Assembly (NCBI GenBank): GCA_905178155.1
Contig: CAJINV010000001.1
Coordinates: 10,259,432 to 10,323,431, forward strand
Length of the DNA stretch: 64,000 nucleotides
Direction: 5' to 3'
From: Amoebophrya sp. A120
Taxonomy: Eukaryota; Protista; Dinoflagellata
Part shown: positions 12,901 to 26,679 of the stretch, piece by piece
Position numbering within the stretch: position 1 is the stretch's first letter
How the letters are laid out: each line of letters starts with the position of its first letter
The notes under the pieces: generated by a model
The model's database searches: none
Seen by the model: only the letters and a program-made list of their open reading frames with translations
Told to the model about the DNA's origin: nothing
Made by a program: the position numbers and the translations under genes

Positions 12901-15216
12901 CAGCTGGCCGAAGTTCAAAAAGCAAATGCGATACTAATGGGAGATGTCGGAGGTGGGGGCGGAAAGGGCGCCAATGCCGAAGAGGACCTCTCAGACGAAG
13001 AGTTTGAGGACGAGCTTAGCAATTTTGAAAGGAGATACCAGGTAGATGATGATGAATATCTGTTGACTGATATGTATGAAAAATCCGACGCAGGCCGAAG
13101 GTTTTTTTTGTAGTGTGGTCCTCGTCACACTTATCGCCTGGAAGTTAGAAGTACTACTAACTTCTTGTTTACAAGGTCCTCGACGAAGGCGCGAAGGGCT
13201 TGGATCATTGGGTAGAATCCCTGCACAGGGAGCGTGGGCTGCTGGAAAAGACGAAAACCGAACAGCAGGAGCTGATCCAGTCTCTGGAGCGTAACGTCAA
13301 GTCCTACCACGCCCTTTGCGACCAAAAAGACCTGAAGTACTCCGATCTAGAGTCGAGGTATGCAAAAGTCCAGGCGGAATACGCGCGGCTGCAAAGTCAG
13401 GTACAGAAGGAAGTACGACAAAAAAATCCAAAGAATTCGAAAATGACGAAGACCCACTACTTGAAAACTGCAAATAACATTCGATCCATAACATCTACCT
13501 AGGTTGCCCAGAGGCAGCAGGACATCGAGTACCGAATCGAAGCCGAAAGACGAAACTTCGAAGTCCGCATCAAGAAAATGCAGACCGAGTTCGAGCATGC
13601 AAGCAGCACGGCGATGGGGTAGCGAATTTTTTCATTTTCTGCGAAGATCATGAAGAAGGATGAGCTCCTGCTTCTCTGCTCGTTCGACTGTGGTTTTGAT
13701 TCATGATACAAAGTTAGCGCAGACGGCGCACGTGCGTCGCGTCTCCATTTGTCTTTTCACATCGTGACCTTCGTTTTCGAAACTACACAGTTACCAGTCA
13801 TTAAACGAGAAGCTGCAGAACGAGCTGATGAAGGTGCACGACGCATACACCGCCCTTGAGATCGGCGCGACAATGGCGGACCCCGAGGAGGAGGCGGAGC
13901 GGAGGCGCATCGAGGAGCAGAGCCGGGACCCCAACAAGCCGAAGGTGGTGTTCCCGGAGGAGAGGAGCGACAAATACGACATTCTGTCCGAGGTGCCGCT
14001 CGACCCGGCCACCTTGCAATTATTCGTGCGCGACGTGATCGCCGACGTGGTGAACCGACAGGCCGACAAGCTGAACTTCGGGCACCTGAGCGTGGAACAG
14101 CAGTTCTTGCCCGTGTCGCTGACAAATTTGAAAGACGTCACCGGGACCGGAATCGGGTGGACGGGCGAACCAAACATGCTCGCCGCCCTGGCCACATTTT
14201 GCCGAACCGGGGAGCTTCTCAATATGGAGGTAAGTACTTGTTCTCAATTTTTCAAAAATGTTTCCCGCGGTCCTCTTGTCGTATAGAAAAAAAAGTTGCT
14301 CGAACACTAACTACGACCGGCTGCATTGCGCTTCTGCTGCGCTCTGCATCGGCTGCGTGCTCGCTGCTTATCTCTCCCCCCGATCTACGTCAATGAACTA
14401 GCGGCTGTCACCACATAAAATCCTAACTTCAGGTATGGCTTGTTGCCCCAGAAAAGATGGAAGTTCGGGGTCACGAAATCGCGAGCAACGAGAAATTTAC
14501 GCTGGAGCTACCGGAGGAATTGCTAAGCGAACTCGACCAGGACGACCCATGGACAGAACTCTTCCAGATGATAGGTAGCATTGACAAAAAACACTGCTGT
14601 TTTTTTTGTCTTGCGAAGGAAGTAGGCCCATTTGATGCAGTGCTCCTGCGTAGATATAAGAAGAATGACAAGAAGTTAGCTTGGTTTGAATGGTGCTCGC
14701 ATGTTGATGTGTTGCGTCAGACTCAGACACGACAGCACTATGGCATAAACATGCCGAGTGTCGTGTTACTGACGTACTCGAACAATTTGATATTTGGTTT
14801 TGTTCTATTTTGTGCCCCTGCCCTCGCTGTTTTCTTCAGGTCTGCAAACCGGCCCACCACGAAAGCTGGTATTCCCGACCCTGCTAGGGCGGAAGGAGAT
14901 TCAGATAAAACCGGACAACCTGGAGGTGATTCTGACGATCTACCAGTACGAAAATCGGCGATACTACTTGCAGGTGTACGAAGTTGCGTCCCAGCGCATG
15001 GGCGACCTTATCCTGAACGAGGAAAACGTCACCGACGACATGGCCGCGGCCATGGGCCCGCTGCTGCGTAAGCCAGAGTTCCTCTACGAATTCATTCGGA
15101 AGTGCTTAACCCTGACCGAGAAGGACAACGAGGCAGGGCCGCTCGAGCCCAAGGTTCTCGACCTGGTCTGCACGTACGACAAGGAGAACCCGCCCCCGCC
15201 ACCGGGGCAGGAGTAA
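9958..15216 (+). CDS. Multi-exon coiled-coil protein of unknown function, with about nine GT-AG introns and two TIR-introners
   Basis: Continuous frame MDAVLEGY...SSAVPPGM...PREQ|VLREILEERYEEVVKENERLNRKARNLQEQV...PPPPGQE* after removing canonical introns and the elements at 10483 and 10804. Confidence 0.75.
10483..10744. mobile_element. TIR introner family A, TSD GAGAT
   Basis: 36-bp TIR TATCAAATGTAAAAATGTCTGGGTCTGGAAGAATGC (1 mismatch). GAGAT at 10478-82 and 10745-49. Removing 267 nt gives R-E-I-L-E-E-R. Confidence 0.92.
10804..11959. mobile_element. TIR introner family B with nested insertion, TSD CGCAA
   Basis: ~53-bp TIR TATCAA..GAAAAATCCCCC.TCCCCATATC..GAAATCTGTGATGCAG. CGCAA at 10799-803 and 11960-64. 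Removing 1161 nt gives L-N-R-K-A-R-N. Body is homologous to 23505-23816. Confidence 0.92.
11067..11901 (+). mobile_element. 835-bp poly(A)-tailed retroposon-like insertion nested in the family B element
   Basis: Absent from the homologous element at 23505. 10-bp TSD AAATCTGCAT at 11057-66 and 11902-11. An A-run lies immediately before the second TSD. Confidence 0.75.
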
Positions 15217-16861
15217 ACTTCTGCAACTGAGGCTGCGGGGACGATGCAACTATAGAGCCGATCCTTGATACTTTGAGTTTGCGATCGCAAAGTAGACGAG
15301 GAACAGCGCATGCACAACAATAAAAATGAGCTCGTTCTTAATTTTCAGGGGCGGTGAAAGCAGAAGATTCAGATTGCTAGTGTACGAACTATGTCCAATG
15401 GTTTCTTTACTAAACAGTCAACTAATAAACGCAAGAGGTATATATGAAAATTCGATGACCCGGAAAGAACCCGAAGATGCACTCTCGGCTCGCCGGTCGC
15501 GCCCGAATGATCCCAAAATAACCAAAGAACATTTATTTATAGCAAAAACTTGAGGCTCCGGCTTATTTATGTTTTGTATCAGTTTGAGCAAAAATCACCC
15601 ACTGCGAGCACCATCCGCGTTCACGTTTCTGGCATCCAGGAATAGTCGTGCACGTGAGCCGCGTGACGCTGTGGTACTAGAAGCAGGAGCACATCAGCCC
15701 TAGTTACCATTTCTTTCAAGTCTACAAAGTCACACAGTTTTTTCAGATGAACAAGCAGAGGTCGCACAAGACCCGCCAGTGCTGTTAATCCCACAGTTAC
15801 GTTTTACGATAAATCAACAAGTAGTAGGGTGCTACCGTCGTCCGGCGCCGGCTCGCATCAGAGGAAATTAAATCTACGAAAACATACAGAAATGCCCTTG
15901 TATCTCCTCGAACTTCTCTCTGTAGGATACGTATGTTGAGAATTTGGACAAAGCTATCCTCGTCGAATGAAAAAACTGTCCCTGCGCGGCCTGCTTCGGT
16001 GATCGGGCGTACCATCTTGAAATGAAAGAAAAATACTTTGTACAATAAATGGACAGATTGAGGATAAGGGTATGCATCAGCATGGCATGTGCATCGGGCA
16101 AGGCCAAGAGCACAATGCCGAAATTGAAAGAAGAATCGAGATGTCTTGATCGTTGATGGAGATGACGAAAAAAACTCACTGTCGATGTACTTTTTTCTGC
16201 GTTTTCGGTACGTGTACTTCAACTTCTATGAAAAAGCGGTGGTTTATAGTCGGTACTATCGGTAGTTACGGTTCCAAACTCAAGTCTCTTTCGGTTTCAC
16301 AAGTTCCTCGGTTTGCTACGCTCGAAGTTGTAAGCTAGTCGATCAGCTGCATTCCTTTTCGCGAGTAAGATGATGATCGGCAGGCCGCGTCGACACTTCG
16401 ACCTCCTCGATCACTATGACCTCCATGCGCATCGGAAAATTAATAAGTAGAATAAGCACTTGTGCCTATTTATGTAGGTAAAGTTATAGTTTGTAAATGC
16501 ATACATGAATTTCAATTTGGAAACTACCTAGAACTACCTTTTTCTGCTGCTGTTACTGCGCTTTCACACGTCTTTCCGCCTTTGTTCCAATCTGCTGCAG
16601 TTGCGCTTCCCCCTTTTGTGAGCTCAGCACGTTTTTTGGATAAGACTTGAAAGTTTTTACCTCTCATCTTTGTGAACCAGAAGCAAAGAATTTCAACAAG
16701 AGATACATCGAATTTATCCAAGTTCAAGTTGTTGATAAGGAAGAATCGCTCCTACATCAATCGATGCGCCTTCGATTTTGCTACTGGTGTTGACAACTTA
16801 CTTGATTCGCATTGATTTTCGGTTGCAGCCGAACTATCTTCATTTCACTTTCGAGCACACG

Positions 16862-19800
16862 ATGACTTTTACAGGACAGCACAGCCATCGCCATCGGCCG
16901 TACGTGTCGGCCGAATTACTCACGCGCGCAAAGTTGGCCGCGGAAGTCCTTTCCCTCCTGCAGTATCATGGGTCTGTGCTCGCGAGGACAGACCATGCCG
17001 AGCTTTCGCGATCCTCTCCTCGTCTGCGCGGCAGTCGAACGCCACGGGTTGTTCATGATGTTGAAGCACAAGAATCAGAAAATGAATATAATTTTGCTGA
17101 CTTCTCGTTTTCTAACGGTACAGCTACCGATAATGGCGCAAATTCCCTCCAGTTTCTGGAGAAATTCGCATTGGGTGAAATGGCGGACAGGGACGCGCAG
17201 CAGGAGAGGGAGACAAGGAGAAAGATGGTCAAGAGATTGGAAGTTTGGGTCGATGCAGGCATGCCACTTGCGGAGGCTGTGAACATGTTATTGTTGAGCC
17301 AGGAGCCCAAACAGAGCCGATCATATAAAATCACCGAAGAAAGTCTTCAGTGGAACCAAAAGGACAAAGGTGTTGCGCTTTCGGTCCTGCGAGAGGACTT
17401 TTTGATCCCTGGCATGACGCAGGAATGGTGGCAGAAGAAGTTATATCCTCCGCAAAAGAATCACATCTGATCAAATTGGAATTGCATAGTAAAGTGGAGT
17501 TGATGCCAATGCCATGATACTTAACTGCCAGAAGCTCTTTTGCTCCTCTCGGTGAAAAATGTCTCGTCTTTCGTGACTTTTATTGAGCCCGGCAATATTA
17601 GATTTCGTATCTGTATCCTAAATTCTTGTTGTATCGATCGGATGTTTTTGCAATGCATAACTTGGGGGACCTCGCCGACACGGCTGCCACACGTGCACAG
17701 CAGATCTGGGCGGGGCTCAAACGCGGGGTGGTTGGGCCCACGCATGCACAATCAATTAGAGACGTCGACGACAAGGGAAGATTGCGCGAATATGTAGAAC
17801 GACTGAAACGCCTACCGCACCAACAGCAGCTCGGGCCCGATTACGAGTTCTTTCGCCTTTCCAACTGGCTGCCGGAGGAGCCGCTGGCCACGTTTAACAT
17901 TTTTGCGTCCAAAAGTAGAAAGCAAAAGGAAGAGCTGGAAAAAAAGCTCGTGGATGCTGTAGCCAAAGAGCTAAACCGTAATCTCGGACGAGAATCTGTT
18001 GGGCAAGGTGTTGACTACAGCAGCCAGATCGATCTATTCTTCAAGCCCGACCAGGGGGCCGAGAGTCGGGGAATTTATCGCCTTACGGGGGTTGTATTCA
18101 TAGGCTCCCCTTCCGGGGAGGCGCTAGAACAAGGAGAGTCAAAACGACAAAAAACAAACTACATGACAGCGGAGTTTGCGATTGAGTGGGTGGAGGTTGT
18201 TCAGGGCACATTTACAAACCAGAAGCAGTCCTTTGAACTGGAGCAGGAGGCTATGCCATCGGCGGCCACGACCGCAACAGACGGACAGAGCGATGGACAG
18301 ACCGCTCAGTTGGCCTTCCCGTTCTCCTCCAGTCCGTCCCTAGGCTTGCTTGCGAAAGATATGCTACAGAAAAGTGCAACCATTAGACCAGAAAAAAAAG
18401 AAAACATCTGTGCTGCGGATTTTACACAAAAGTCAAAGGAAGCAGGCGCCTTCTCTTTGGCTTTCCAGCAGGATAAAATTTTTTTGGTAACGCTCGAATC
18501 CTCGCTAGCATGCATTACATGACGCGCCCCGACGAGGGCACAAGCAATATGCCATGCATTTTGTGGTCTTTTCATCGATCACAGAGGTTTTGGTGGCGCC
18601 AACAATTTAGCAATGCAAAGCGCTTTTGATGGTGACTCCAATTATTCAGAAGCACACAAGCAAACTCACTTTTCTTTCCTCTCGTATGGGTTTGCTTTTC
18701 TGTAGGATAGGAGAATTGATGAAGCAAATACGTGACTTCGTCGACGAGAGGGAACGCAGGAAGCCGCCGAGCGCCACCGTTACGCAGCCGTTTGCCCATT
18801 CTCCTTCTGGCGCGTACAGTGTAGAGCGGGCAGTGCACCACGACTTCGCTTTTCTTGGCAAACAAGATCTAGTGCTGTCCGAAACGGCCCAGCGCGCCAC
18901 CGAATCTTTTCAGAGCAACTCACCACCCGAACTCCGTATGCTGATTCTCGATAATCAGGTTTACATGGGCTACCTGAAGCAAAGGCAGGGCAAAAATTTG
19001 CTGCAAAGCAGGGCAAAAATTCTCAACTCACACTACGACGTGGGGTATACGCAAGAAGGCAAGAAAGACCATGCCTCTATAATTTATGTTTGGGACGCGG
19101 AAAGAGGGGCGCGTAACGCGCTGCAGTTCGCACGAGCCAAAGTCTTGAACGATGAGGAAGCACGCCTCAGCGGACAGGAGCCTGTTCATTCGTCCCAAGA
19201 AAGTGTGCTGGTGAACGAATTTGACCTTGACCTTGTCGAGTTCGACTGGCAACTCGAGAAGCTTGCACGCGTGGTTATTCCCGAGATCATACAAGACCTG
19301 CAGGTCGACAGCGAAGCCCGAACCCTTTACCGTGCCCCAGTGGATCGACAAATACTATCCGGAGACAGGATTGGTGAGCGGGAAAATCACGACGTTTCGA
19401 GACGAAGTGCTCATTGACGGAACGCCAGAACAAATCCGCAAAAACATGTTGTCCTCAGGAACACCTCCTCATCTTCTCGCAGCAGAAAACGTGCACTCGA
19501 AGATGTATCAGTCGGAGCGTCCGACGGGGGAATACGTAGATACAATGCAAATCGAACCCGACCACATGTGCTGGAAGTACCCGGAAAAAAGCAGAAAGGG
19601 CACATGTGACTTGGTACACGGCACGGAAAATGGATGCAGTTGCAGTGAAAAAGAACTAGATGCAGACATTTATATTTCACAAAGAATGCGAGCTACGCGC
19701 GGCAATCCGGCCACGGTCAATCCAGGTGCGCGACTGGCCGCTGCTGACCGCGGCTGGACGGCTCCGGGCTCTTGCGAGACCGGCTACGATCCCATCACGT

Positions 19801-20441
19801 CGCGCGCGATTCCAGACTTGCTGTTGGTGATTGACTACTCGGAAGATGAGAAAGGCGCAAAAGATCCGAAAACCGGCGTTCTGCCGAGGCGCAAGAAGCT
19901 GTATTGCTACGAGAACCGTGCCGACACCAGAGCGCTGCTGGTGAGCGGGCACCTAAGCGCGGCGAAGGAACGCGTTTGGAGGACGCATGATGGCATGTCA
20001 CTGCAGAAAAGCCAATATCTGGTAGTGGAAGCCAAGAAAGTGTTCCGTCTGAACGGACCCGGGGGCGCCCACAGTGGCGACAACAGCCCCGCAGAGGTTG
20101 CCAACCGGTTGTGGAACCTCGCACCAAACTCTGGCGTGTGGCAACCGAACCACCTGCAGGACGTAAACGGGGACAATTTGGTGGGTGGCGTTCCTTCCGG
20201 TGAGCCCGTGCGAGCGCCGGCCGATCGTGTGATGATGGATCTCGTAAACGACCTGGTTTTTATGACCGACAACTCGCTTTATGAATTTTACCGGGACTTC
20301 AAAATTGTCCAGCAACCTATAATACAGAAAGCGCTGGACGCGAACCCTGAGCTCTACAACGATGTCGCTGGGCAATACCGTGCCGAAATAAGCCAACTTC
20401 CGGTCCCGAAAGATGATTCATTGGATGTACCTATGCCATAG
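16862..20441 (+). CDS. Hypothetical protein(s); four successive + strand ORFs, probably one interrupted gene
   Basis: ORFs 16778-17470, 17626-18522, 18626-19417 and 19221-20441. Junctions could not be resolved with canonical splice sites. Apparent +1 frame change near 19315. Confidence 0.5.
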
Positions 20442-20783
20442 AAAATTTATTTCTTGCATTTTTCTAAAGTGTTGTTCTGCGCGCTAAGTAAATAGTTTGA
20501 ATTATGTACGCGTGAATCAACCAAGTTGCTTTTTTTCGTCTGTCTCTGTGTGGGAATTCATCGGTGTGCTTCAATTCATTCTTCATCGTCCCCAGGTCAA
20601 GAAAGCATGCGTGTCATCTTGCATGAAAGTCCCAGAAGATTCCAAACTTGACATTTATTTCTTGCGTTTTTTCGTGCCCATACAAATACAATTAGTAGTG
20701 CTAATTTTATTGGAGCATAATCTTTATTACAGAATATCAGTCAATGAAGAAATAGAAAAGAACACGAGGAGACACGAATTATA

Positions 20784-21621
20784 AAACACGAACCCAGAGC
20801 TTATAATTAATAGTCCTGAGTAGACTAGCGACTAGGACTAGAGGAAGAGGTCGATTACAATTTCAAATTAGTATTTGTTTTCTTTTGTTTATATAATTTT
20901 AACAGTGCGGAGGAAGTAGGCGCTCTAGCTGAAAAGCCGCAGCATTACGACGTACCATAGAGCTTGACTTAGCAGGTTTTTTACAAAAAAAATATCAAAC
21001 CCAAAAAAATAAATAACTATGCAAAATGCAACTTTCCTCCCCTGCATCAACAGAAAGGAAGAAAGTCACGACTTGAAAAAAAGCCGATCACTTTTTTCCC
21101 GCAAGGGTTTTTCTCGTTTGAGCCTGCTTACATTTAGCAGAGCAGTTCACCAAATTACATATATAAGTATCTATAACGTTATCAAAAAAATCATGATGGT
21201 AATGAAGAACATGAGCAGGCTTTTTACAATCGCCTTGACTTTTTAGCAGGTTTTTTACAATAAAACCCAAAAAAATATCAAAGCCAAAAAATTGAATAAC
21301 TATGTCTATGCAAAGTGCAACTTTCCTCCCCTGCATCAACAGAAAGGAAGAAAGTCGCGATTTGAAAAAAAGCCGATCACTTTTTTCCCGCAAGGGTTTT
21401 TCTCGTTTGAGGCTACTTACATTTAGATTTAGCAGAGCAGTTTACCAAGTTGCATTATGTCTAACTATAACTTCATCAAAAAATAATGATGGTGATCCGC
21501 GAGCAGAAGCAATGAAGAGCATGAGACTGAGCAGGACTATAGGGCCATGAAACAATTGACGCCGTGCCCGGGCAAGAACAGAAAGAACGAAAGAAATGAA
21601 ACACGAGCCCAGAGCTTATAA
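20784..21621. repeat. ~790-bp segment bounded by 23-bp direct repeats, containing a ~271-bp tandem duplication
   Basis: AAACACGARCCCAGAGCTTATAA at 20784-806 and 21599-621. Duplicated units start at 20963 and 21234. Confidence 0.8.
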
Positions 21622-22494
21622 AAGAAGGTGCTCAAGAACGAGTTCTATTGATGACGCTCGACGTCACAATCATGTCAATCTCAATGTCGGTCCGCGAGCG
21701 AGGCCGTAGAAAAGAAAATTCACGTAAAAAGTGAAAGATGAACACGAAAAATCGGTCTCGTGGATGAACGAGCATTCTACGGTGCTTATATACTGAGTTT
21801 CAACAGGACGAGCTGCGGCATGAAGATCAGTCGGTCGTCGGTCATACTAGAAGTAGTTTATTCTCGGTGACATTACACCTCGTAGCGACAATCAAGCACA
21901 AGTCGGAATCAATCGTACGACCGTTATTACCGGTCTTGGCCACTTTCGCTCTCCACCTCGTGCACATAGATACGTAGAACTTTACACGTCTCGTCCTGGG
22001 CCGGACCCGCACATTGGCAAGAAGACATATTAGTTACGTGAAAATATCGTTATCGTGCAGAAGTTGACCAGCAGTGACAGCTGGTGGCCTACGTCGTACG
22101 AAAATTTCATACACAAATAAAAACTACGATTTTTCCATCCATCGTCTTCATCGTGTCTATTCGTATGCCCTTTCACTTCACCAACGAACCGCAGTAAAAA
22201 GAGTTGTGACGATTATAATCGTTTCCCCCCCGGATTCGTTTAGACTTCTCACTCAGCTACTTTTACGTTTCAAGCACTTCTTGTGAAAACAGCATCACAC
22301 CAACTTTTACCGGAACTACAACTACAGTTTCAAGCAACTACAACGGCAGCATCCATCCTCAACTACAACAAACAAAGCAGTTTGCGTTTCACAGAAACCG
22401 TGACAGCTTAAGCACTTTTCACTCAATCTTCAGAGTAGTGTTTCACTTTTTGTGATTTCCGTCTAATCTGTATCGAATCGATCAGACAAGCAAA

Positions 22495-25292
22495 ATGCGT
22501 ACCGAGACCAACGTGATCCCGGAGCCGAAGGATCTCGACAAGCTGCTTGGCAGCACCAAGTACATTGACCCGGATCCGGAGGTGGGACAGGCGTTCTGGG
22601 TTGGGTGCCCGGACCTGAAGATCCAGCGCGGCCTGGACCTGCTCTCCAAGCGCAACGGCCGCAACCTGCAACAGTCCGACATCATGTACTGCTGCGGTGC
22701 GTGCGTCTGGCTGGAGCCACCCTACCACGGTACCTGCCGCATCCCGGTGTGCCGTAAGCCGCCCACCGAGTTCGGCGAGAAGCAAAGTGACCAAACCGTC
22801 TACTGGGTACTTTACGATATTTTTTTCGTCGTGATGATCATGGTCACGATTTGTTGTTGATGCCTCGACACTTGCTCTTCGCTTGAAAGTTGGTAGTACT
22901 GTAAAAAAGCTAGCTTGCTTCTTTTTTTAGGCTGTGTACAACATCTTCAAAGCCGAAAAAAATATCATGCACGACATACTTTGTTCTCAATCTCAGGTTA
23001 CCTACATGGACTACACGTTCGTGGACCCGATGAAGCGTCACTGCCTGGTGAAGGTGGGCGACGAGCTGCACTACTTCCGCGTGTGGTTGGCCCACAAGTT
23101 CGGGAAGATGTTCTCCGGGTACGACAACGCGGCGGACACCAGTTGGTGGTACAAATTCTACCTGACCCTGGACAGCGACCGCAGCAACTCCGTGGACATA
23201 TCAAATGTAAAAATGTCTGGGTCTGGAAACTTGTGATGCTGGGTGGCGCATCATGATGAGGCTCCAAATGCTGGCTCAGCATGACAAGTTTCTGAGCTCC
23301 TCGGTGTTGCCTATTCCGCATGACAAACTGCGCTTCTGCATCACAGAAAAAGGGAGCTCTTGGGTAACGTGCATGACAGATTTAACAGTCATGCCAGACA
23401 AGCATGACAAACATGAATTCTTCCAGACCCAGACATTTTTACATTTGATAGGACATGGAGGAGTTCCAGTCCGGGCTCGCGCGCATGGGCTACCCCACCT
23501 GGGATATCAAAAGGAAAAATCCCCCCTCCCCATATCGAAAACGAAATTTGTGATGCTGTATTTGAGTACACAAATCGACTTGTAGTGCTAGAATGCCAAG
23601 AGACGCAGCTGTGGCCTCGTTTGCAGGCAATTTGTCATGCTGTTTCCCACTTCCAGCTGCCCCCTGTTATGCTGAAGATGCAAGGCTTTCCCACGCCAAC
23701 CAGCACTACAGTCCGCATCTTTTCCCTTCTAGCATGACAAAGCTGATTTGTGGCCACAAATCTGCATCACAAATTTCTAGTTTGAGTATGGGGTGGGGGG
23801 ATTTTTCACTTTGATATGGGAGACCCGCAACAGCGAGGAGGCCTTCCAGCGCCGGAAGCACCTGCTGGAGATCCTGGACACGGACGGCAGCGGGGATTTG
23901 TCCTTCGAGGAGTTCGCGGTGGTGCTGGGGGTGGACCCGAAGGAAATCGAGAACAAGGTGGAGGAGTACACCATGGACCGCCGGTGGGACGAGCTGCAGG
24001 ACGCGATCAAGAAGGCCCGCTTCAAGGACGAGGAGAGCTACGTGGACGGCCGGTACTCCATGCGCAAGGCCTACGACAACATGCTCCGGTTCCGCAACGA
24101 GAAGCGCCGCTTCAAGCGCAACACCGAGTCGCAGCGCCACCTCGAAGATCTGTACCCGGCGCAGCAGAAGCAGAGCAAGAGAAAGGGCAGCAGCGGAAGG
24201 ACTGGAAAGCTGCCCGTTATGTACACCAAACACGACACGGTATCTAGATCTACTTAACGTTAACACGATCAGGACAGATCATTTTTTCTTTCGATTAGTC
24301 TACCAAGAAACTTGTTACGTAATAAAAATAATCTTGGCTGTACGAGTCCGACACCGACTGTAGGTAGTGTCATGACCATTTTTCACTCTGATACCCCGCC
24401 CTGCATGTATGCAAGACCATAAAAAAAATGGAAAAATTGACAAACCAGATGTGGTCCTGCCGTAACTCGATCGCTGGGCGTGGCACCGACGTGCACCCGA
24501 ACTTCCGAGAGTACTTCGGTTCCCCAGGTGCACTCACTTTGGATCGGGAGATCAAGGAGCAGCTTCAACGCGACATGTACCCGCCGCCGCCAAGGTATAT
24601 TAAATTGCAGCCCTCTTCTTGCACATTGACAGATTTTCTTTCTTACCCGAATCTGTGTGGAAAAATCCACATTTGAAAGAAATTACGTTCCGAATTGACT
24701 TTGTTTGAACGCGATGGATGCCGATGTTTTTATTTGCAATCTAAATCTATAGCATGCTGCATGCGTGAGCATGTCCTTTTCCTTGCGATTTGCTTCGGAA
24801 CCGCTTTGAAAATGCGAGATATTAAGCATTCTTCTCTTTTCGCCTGAAATTTTGTCTCCACCCAATTCAACCAACAGGATCCAAATGAAGGAGGAGTTGG
24901 CTTTGCTCCGGGAGCACTTGAAGGTGGAGTTCAACACGGACACATTTGAGTCCAAGGACGTGATGCAGCGCATTTTCCAGAAATTGGACGCCAACGGCAA
25001 CGGGGACGTTTCCAAGGAGGAGTTCGTGCAGGGGCTCCGCGAGCTCCACTACCCGCCGGGACCCACCACCATCACCACGCGCCGTCGCCGCGAGCGCATC
25101 TTCCACCACATGGACGCTGACGCCGGTGGCTCTCTGGACCTGGAAGAAATCGCGAACATCCTGCGCGGAATCGGACCGCGTGCCCTCATGGACAACGCGG
25201 CCGACCTCGCCATCGCCGGAAGCATGCGCGGCCTGTCAAAACTCGGTAGCCCGAGCGGCACCGCCAGCGGAACCAAATTGCCGCCGATCTGA
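22495..25292 (+). CDS. EF-hand calcium-binding protein (4 EF-hands) with three GT-AG introns and two TIR-introners
   Basis: Loops DSDRSNSVDMEEF (only after removing the 23199 element), DTDGSGDLSFEEF, DANGNGDVSKEEF, DADAGGSLDLEEI. Confidence 0.88.
23199..23450. mobile_element. TIR introner family A, TSD GGACA
   Basis: Perfect 30-bp TIR TATCAAATGTAAAAATGTCTGGGTCTGGAA. GGACA at 23194-98 and 23451-55. Removing 257 nt (not 3n) completes an EF-hand loop. Confidence 0.95.
23505..23816. mobile_element. TIR introner family B, TSD TGGGA
   Basis: TATCAAAAGGAAAAATCCCCC...GGGGGATTTTTCACTTTGATA. TGGGA at 23500-04 and 23817-21. Removing 317 nt (not 3n) gives P-T-W-E-T-R-N. Confidence 0.95.
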
Positions 25293-26623
25293 GCAAGAAG
25301 CAGGTGCACAACATGCGACTCCTTGCGGAATCACCGAGATGAGACTAAAAGTAATCCCTTCCCATGAAGATCGTGTATGATAAACCGAATGTTCTTTCTT
25401 CTGTGCAGCTTTCGACTCAGTTGAGCACTTCTCTACTTCTGTCAGTTGTACTTTTATTTGTTTCTTTTTCATCATTTTCACATTCACTTCAACACTGTTT
25501 TCAACCATATGCTAGTATACTTTAACCTTTTTCATAGCGTACATAATCATAAAATGTTTTTTACGAATAGCTTCATCAAATTTTTCTATCAGAAGTATAA
25601 TTTTCAGAGGTCTCAAAACGCGAATGAGCAACCAGAAGTCAACATCAGCACACAGGTTTACAGCGCGCAAGATCTTCTTCACTACTTGAGGAGTGGTGCT
25701 TGAGACCGCATACACTGAATATGACGGTACCCCCGTCGTTTCTAGGTGTGTGTTGGAACAACTCCAGATGATGTCGCTCTCCCCTAAAACAAGAATACTC
25801 CGCTTGAAACGTCTAGTACAGTAGCATAACCCACGATGAGTAAGAATTACAGAACGAAACACACAGACAAGAACTCCCCGCCCATATCGTTTTCTTAACG
25901 TCGAAGAAGTAGAAACGTCAGAACTCTCATATCTTCTGTGCTCGGCTCGATGATTACTTCGCTTACAACTTTCACAACGAGCTTATGGGCTTTGTCATAA
26001 GAGTTGTCTTCCCAACTACATCTCTAGCGGACGAAGCTTCTCCTGCAATGTCATCTTGTCGAACACAAAAAATCCTATTCTACATGAAAAATACCACTGA
26101 AGTAGTTAGGACACAATCCGCCGCAGAACACAATCTCCTTCACATAACTACTACTAACTTGAGCACGGCCCCCTCCCGTGATATTTTGCTTCTTGGAATA
26201 TCCTTCCTTCTGATTTTGACCCGCATACATTAGCAAGCAGCACTCTCTAAACAACATTTCAAGAACTAAGATCTGTAACATCTCCAAAGCTCTGGAATTT
26301 GAACAAGTAGAGCTCATAGCAAACGACTACGACCACGATGCAGCACGACCAGCTCTTTACTTTCTGCAAACGAGTTATCTGTGACACTGTGTACACTTAT
26401 CAACCTCAATTAGAGAAGTTGCAGTTTCGACGATAATCTCATTTCTTAGCAAGGTAGAAGCCGGAGTTGTATCAAAGCAAGCGATTCTCATTTTCACCCG
26501 GGAATCCGTAGAAAAAGTAGAGGCGTCTTCGACTTTTCTGTAGTAGTTTCCGACACTAGGGCTCCCCCCCGCCAGCGCTTCACCTCCCACTAGGTTCTGC
26601 TACAGCGATTTCGAGAGAACGCA

Positions 26624-26679
26624 CGACCTTGCCGAATCCTAGATTCGTCAGGATGATCAACTCACTTTTGGGCAACTAG
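26624..26679. promoter_or_regulatory. Conserved hairpin-containing element upstream of paralogue 1
   Basis: Near-identical to 28967-29027. Contains CGAATC-CTA-GATTCG stem. ~620 nt upstream of the ATG at 27246. Confidence 0.4.

Noticed and set aside
17468-17530. Stop-codon readthrough or alternative genetic code joining ORFs
   Set aside because: Further TGA and TAA stops follow in frame, and other genes terminate normally with TAA, TAG and TGA.
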